Position numbers and translations under genes: made by a program. The notes beneath the pieces are model-generated. The model did not search any database. It was given only the letters and a program-made list of their open reading frames with translations, and had not been told where the DNA came from. A stretch of DNA of 64,000 nt, taken from positions 806,001 through 870,000 of the forward strand of contig NW_027138407.1 in assembly GCF_035084215.1 (NCBI RefSeq), written 5' to 3'. The DNA comes from Heptranchias perlo (lineage: Eukaryota). Position 1 is the first letter of the stretch; every line of letters starts with the position of its first letter. Shown one piece after another: positions 61,795-64,000 of the stretch.

Positions 61795-63206
61795 GACAGT
61801 GATGGATACGAGTTTCATCCTCATACAGAAACTTCCGCCGCTTTGTAGATCAGAGTCCCGATATAATGATGAGGAGCGGTGCGAGACGGTTCCACAACCC
61901 GAGTTACAGAGTGTATAACTCTGCAGCCCGCGATATCCTTTGACATAGCAGGAATACAGATCACCGCCCAACTGCACTGCTGATCCAACCAAACCAAACA
62001 TAGAATAGCAGCAATCTGTACAATAACACAGAGCAGGCAAAGTGGGTCAGAGCGAAAGCAGCAAACGGAAGCTGTGGGCGGGGCTGCCGCAGACTCAAAA
62101 ATGAGCGAACTCAAAACTCTTTGTACTGGCAGAAAGTCCGTGGCGCCACTCAGCTGCACTTGGAGCTGATGGAACGGAAAGTGCAATGGTTGGGTCTTAA
62201 GAAGTCTGTGGCCAAACTGCTCCTGCTCACTGTTCAAGTGACTGGGTGCAAATCGAGTGGGAGGGTGATGAAGAGTTTCGTGACAGCCATAAAAGGAGCT
62301 GATTTCATCAACCGCGCCTGTGCTGGCTCATTGAATGACCTATCCGATTATTCCCACTCCCCTGCTCTATCACTAAATTTTCTTTTACAGGTATATTTCG
62401 AATTCCCTTGTGAAGCTTGCCATTGAATCTGCTTCCACCAGCCTTTAACGCAATGCATTCCAGATCATAACAACTCTCTGCATAAAAATATTTCACCTCA
62501 TCTCCCCCCGGCTTTTTTGCCAATTATCTTAAATCCGTGACCTTTGCTTACCGACACTTCTGGCAGTGCAAATGGTTTCTCCCTTTCTACTCCACCAAAA
62601 CCCTCATAATTTTTAACGCTTCTATCAAATCTCTCCTTAGACTTCTCTGCTCTATTGAGAAAAATCCGAGTTTCTCTAGTCTCTCCATATAACTGAAATC
62701 CCTCAATCCTGGTACCATTCTGATAAATATCCTATGCACTCTCCCCAAGGTCTTGACGTCCTTTCTAAAGTGTAGTGCCAGTATTGGGCACTATAAGCTA
62801 GCTGTTCACTAACCAGTGATTTGTATATGTTTACCAGAACTTCCTTGCTTATACAACATCAAAAATGACGACCAGATTTAGTCAACTCTAATTTAGATTT
62901 TTGAGAGACTATATCTGGCTCTCGTATTTTTATATATGATGCATAAACACCAAACACACTCATTGACCTCGTCCTAAAGCAGATATAACAGAATCCGCCG
63001 GCAGGTGGCGCCAAACGCAAGCATGGTAATTAGAAAGTCGTGTGGTGCAAAAACCAGAGCGAAAAGCGATCGTAACCTCTGTGACGTCACCATCCGGCAC
63101 GCCCCTGCAGTGTGTGGATGGAACAATGAGCTGAACAGGGTTGCCTCTCTCCTTCTCAACGTCTGGCTTATTTAATTCCCAGTCACTCTGAGGGATTCAG
63201 TCAGAC

Positions 63207-63736
63207 ATGTTTCTAATAATACTGGCGGCCGTGTTGAACAGTAAGTACTGGATTGTATTAAAGAACACGGGTTAGCAGATTGATGCAAAGAGCTTGTGCG
63301 GGGATTTAGTGCAATTACCGATCAGAGATGTCCATATGATGGACAGCTGGGTGGATGGAAGGTTACGCACACTCTCACAGATAGACAGAAGTTAAGATCG
63401 ATCCTGTCTAACCTCCTGTTCTTTTGTTCCCCTATATTCACAGGCGGACAATGTGCAGATCTAGTCACACAGTCTCCGGTGACAATAGACGTGTCAGAAG
63501 GGGGTTCGGTACAGTTACATTGCGAATATATGGATCCAGGTATTTACTCCATGCAATGGTATCGGCAGAACCCGACACAGCCTCCAAGCTGGTTAATTAG
63601 CAAAGTAGTAGCACTGAAGGGAGACGAAATCTCAGGACCACATCTGGCTGCTGCTGATGAGTCTAAAAAGTACGGGTATCTCAATATAAGCGGCCTGAGT
63701 ATGGAGGACGGGGCGGTCTATTACTGTGCAGTGAGG
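63207..63736 (+). CDS. TCR alpha/delta V segment, inverted orientation, intact
   Basis: Leader 63207-63240; V exon 63444-63736 DLVTQSP..C..WYRQ..YYCAVR; RSS CACAGCG (63737-63743), 23 bp, ACAAAATCC (63767-63775); CTCF motif 62998-63013 and CRE 63082-63089. Confidence 0.93.
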
Positions 63737-64000
63737 CACAGCGTCAGATAAAAGCAAAGGCCCCGTACAAAATCCTCAGCGAGTATTTACAGCTTCATTA
63801 ACTGTTACTTGGTGCTTTTATCTGTGGGGTTAGTTTAATCCCAAACCCACGAATCCCAAAGGCTGTCAGGTTTCTAAATCAAAGAGTTTTATTCTTTTCT
63901 TTGACCAAATCAGCAGAGGAACAGTTTTTGAAATCTGGACAATTGTCTCCTCAGTAAATATGTCGGAGCTCCCCTAGGATACTGGACGTATCAGAAGACA

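Noticed and set aside
1-64000. TCR D, J or C segments
   Set aside because: No convincing nonamer-12-heptamer followed by FGxG and a splice donor, and no C1-set exon, was noticed by eye (not an exhaustive scan)

Overview
Vertebrate genomic DNA, almost certainly from a cartilaginous fish (shark-type IgM-like V sequence, Deu-domain SINEs, abundant CR1/L2 LINEs). The window is part of the variable-gene array of a T-cell receptor alpha/delta locus. It holds 18 recognisable V gene segments (leader exon, phase-1 intron, V exon, 3' recombination signal with a ~23-bp spacer), about 10 apparently intact and the rest pseudogenes or RSS-defective, plus weaker relics. I found no D, J or C segments. Main observations: (1) four immunoglobulin-heavy-chain-like V segments from two families sit inside the TCR V array (11.6-19.4 kb) as a tandemly duplicated pair of pairs, and each copy has lost a different member to a nonsense codon; (2) CTCF-consensus motifs lie upstream of V promoters and flip orientation with the V genes; (3) nested inverted and tandem segmental duplications (40-64 kb) produced head-to-head V pairs, plus-strand V genes and an orphan leader; (4) a 5'-inverted LINE with a tRNA-like head shares that head with a SINE. 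All calls were made by eye. Exon and RSS coordinates were counted by hand and repeat boundaries are approximate.
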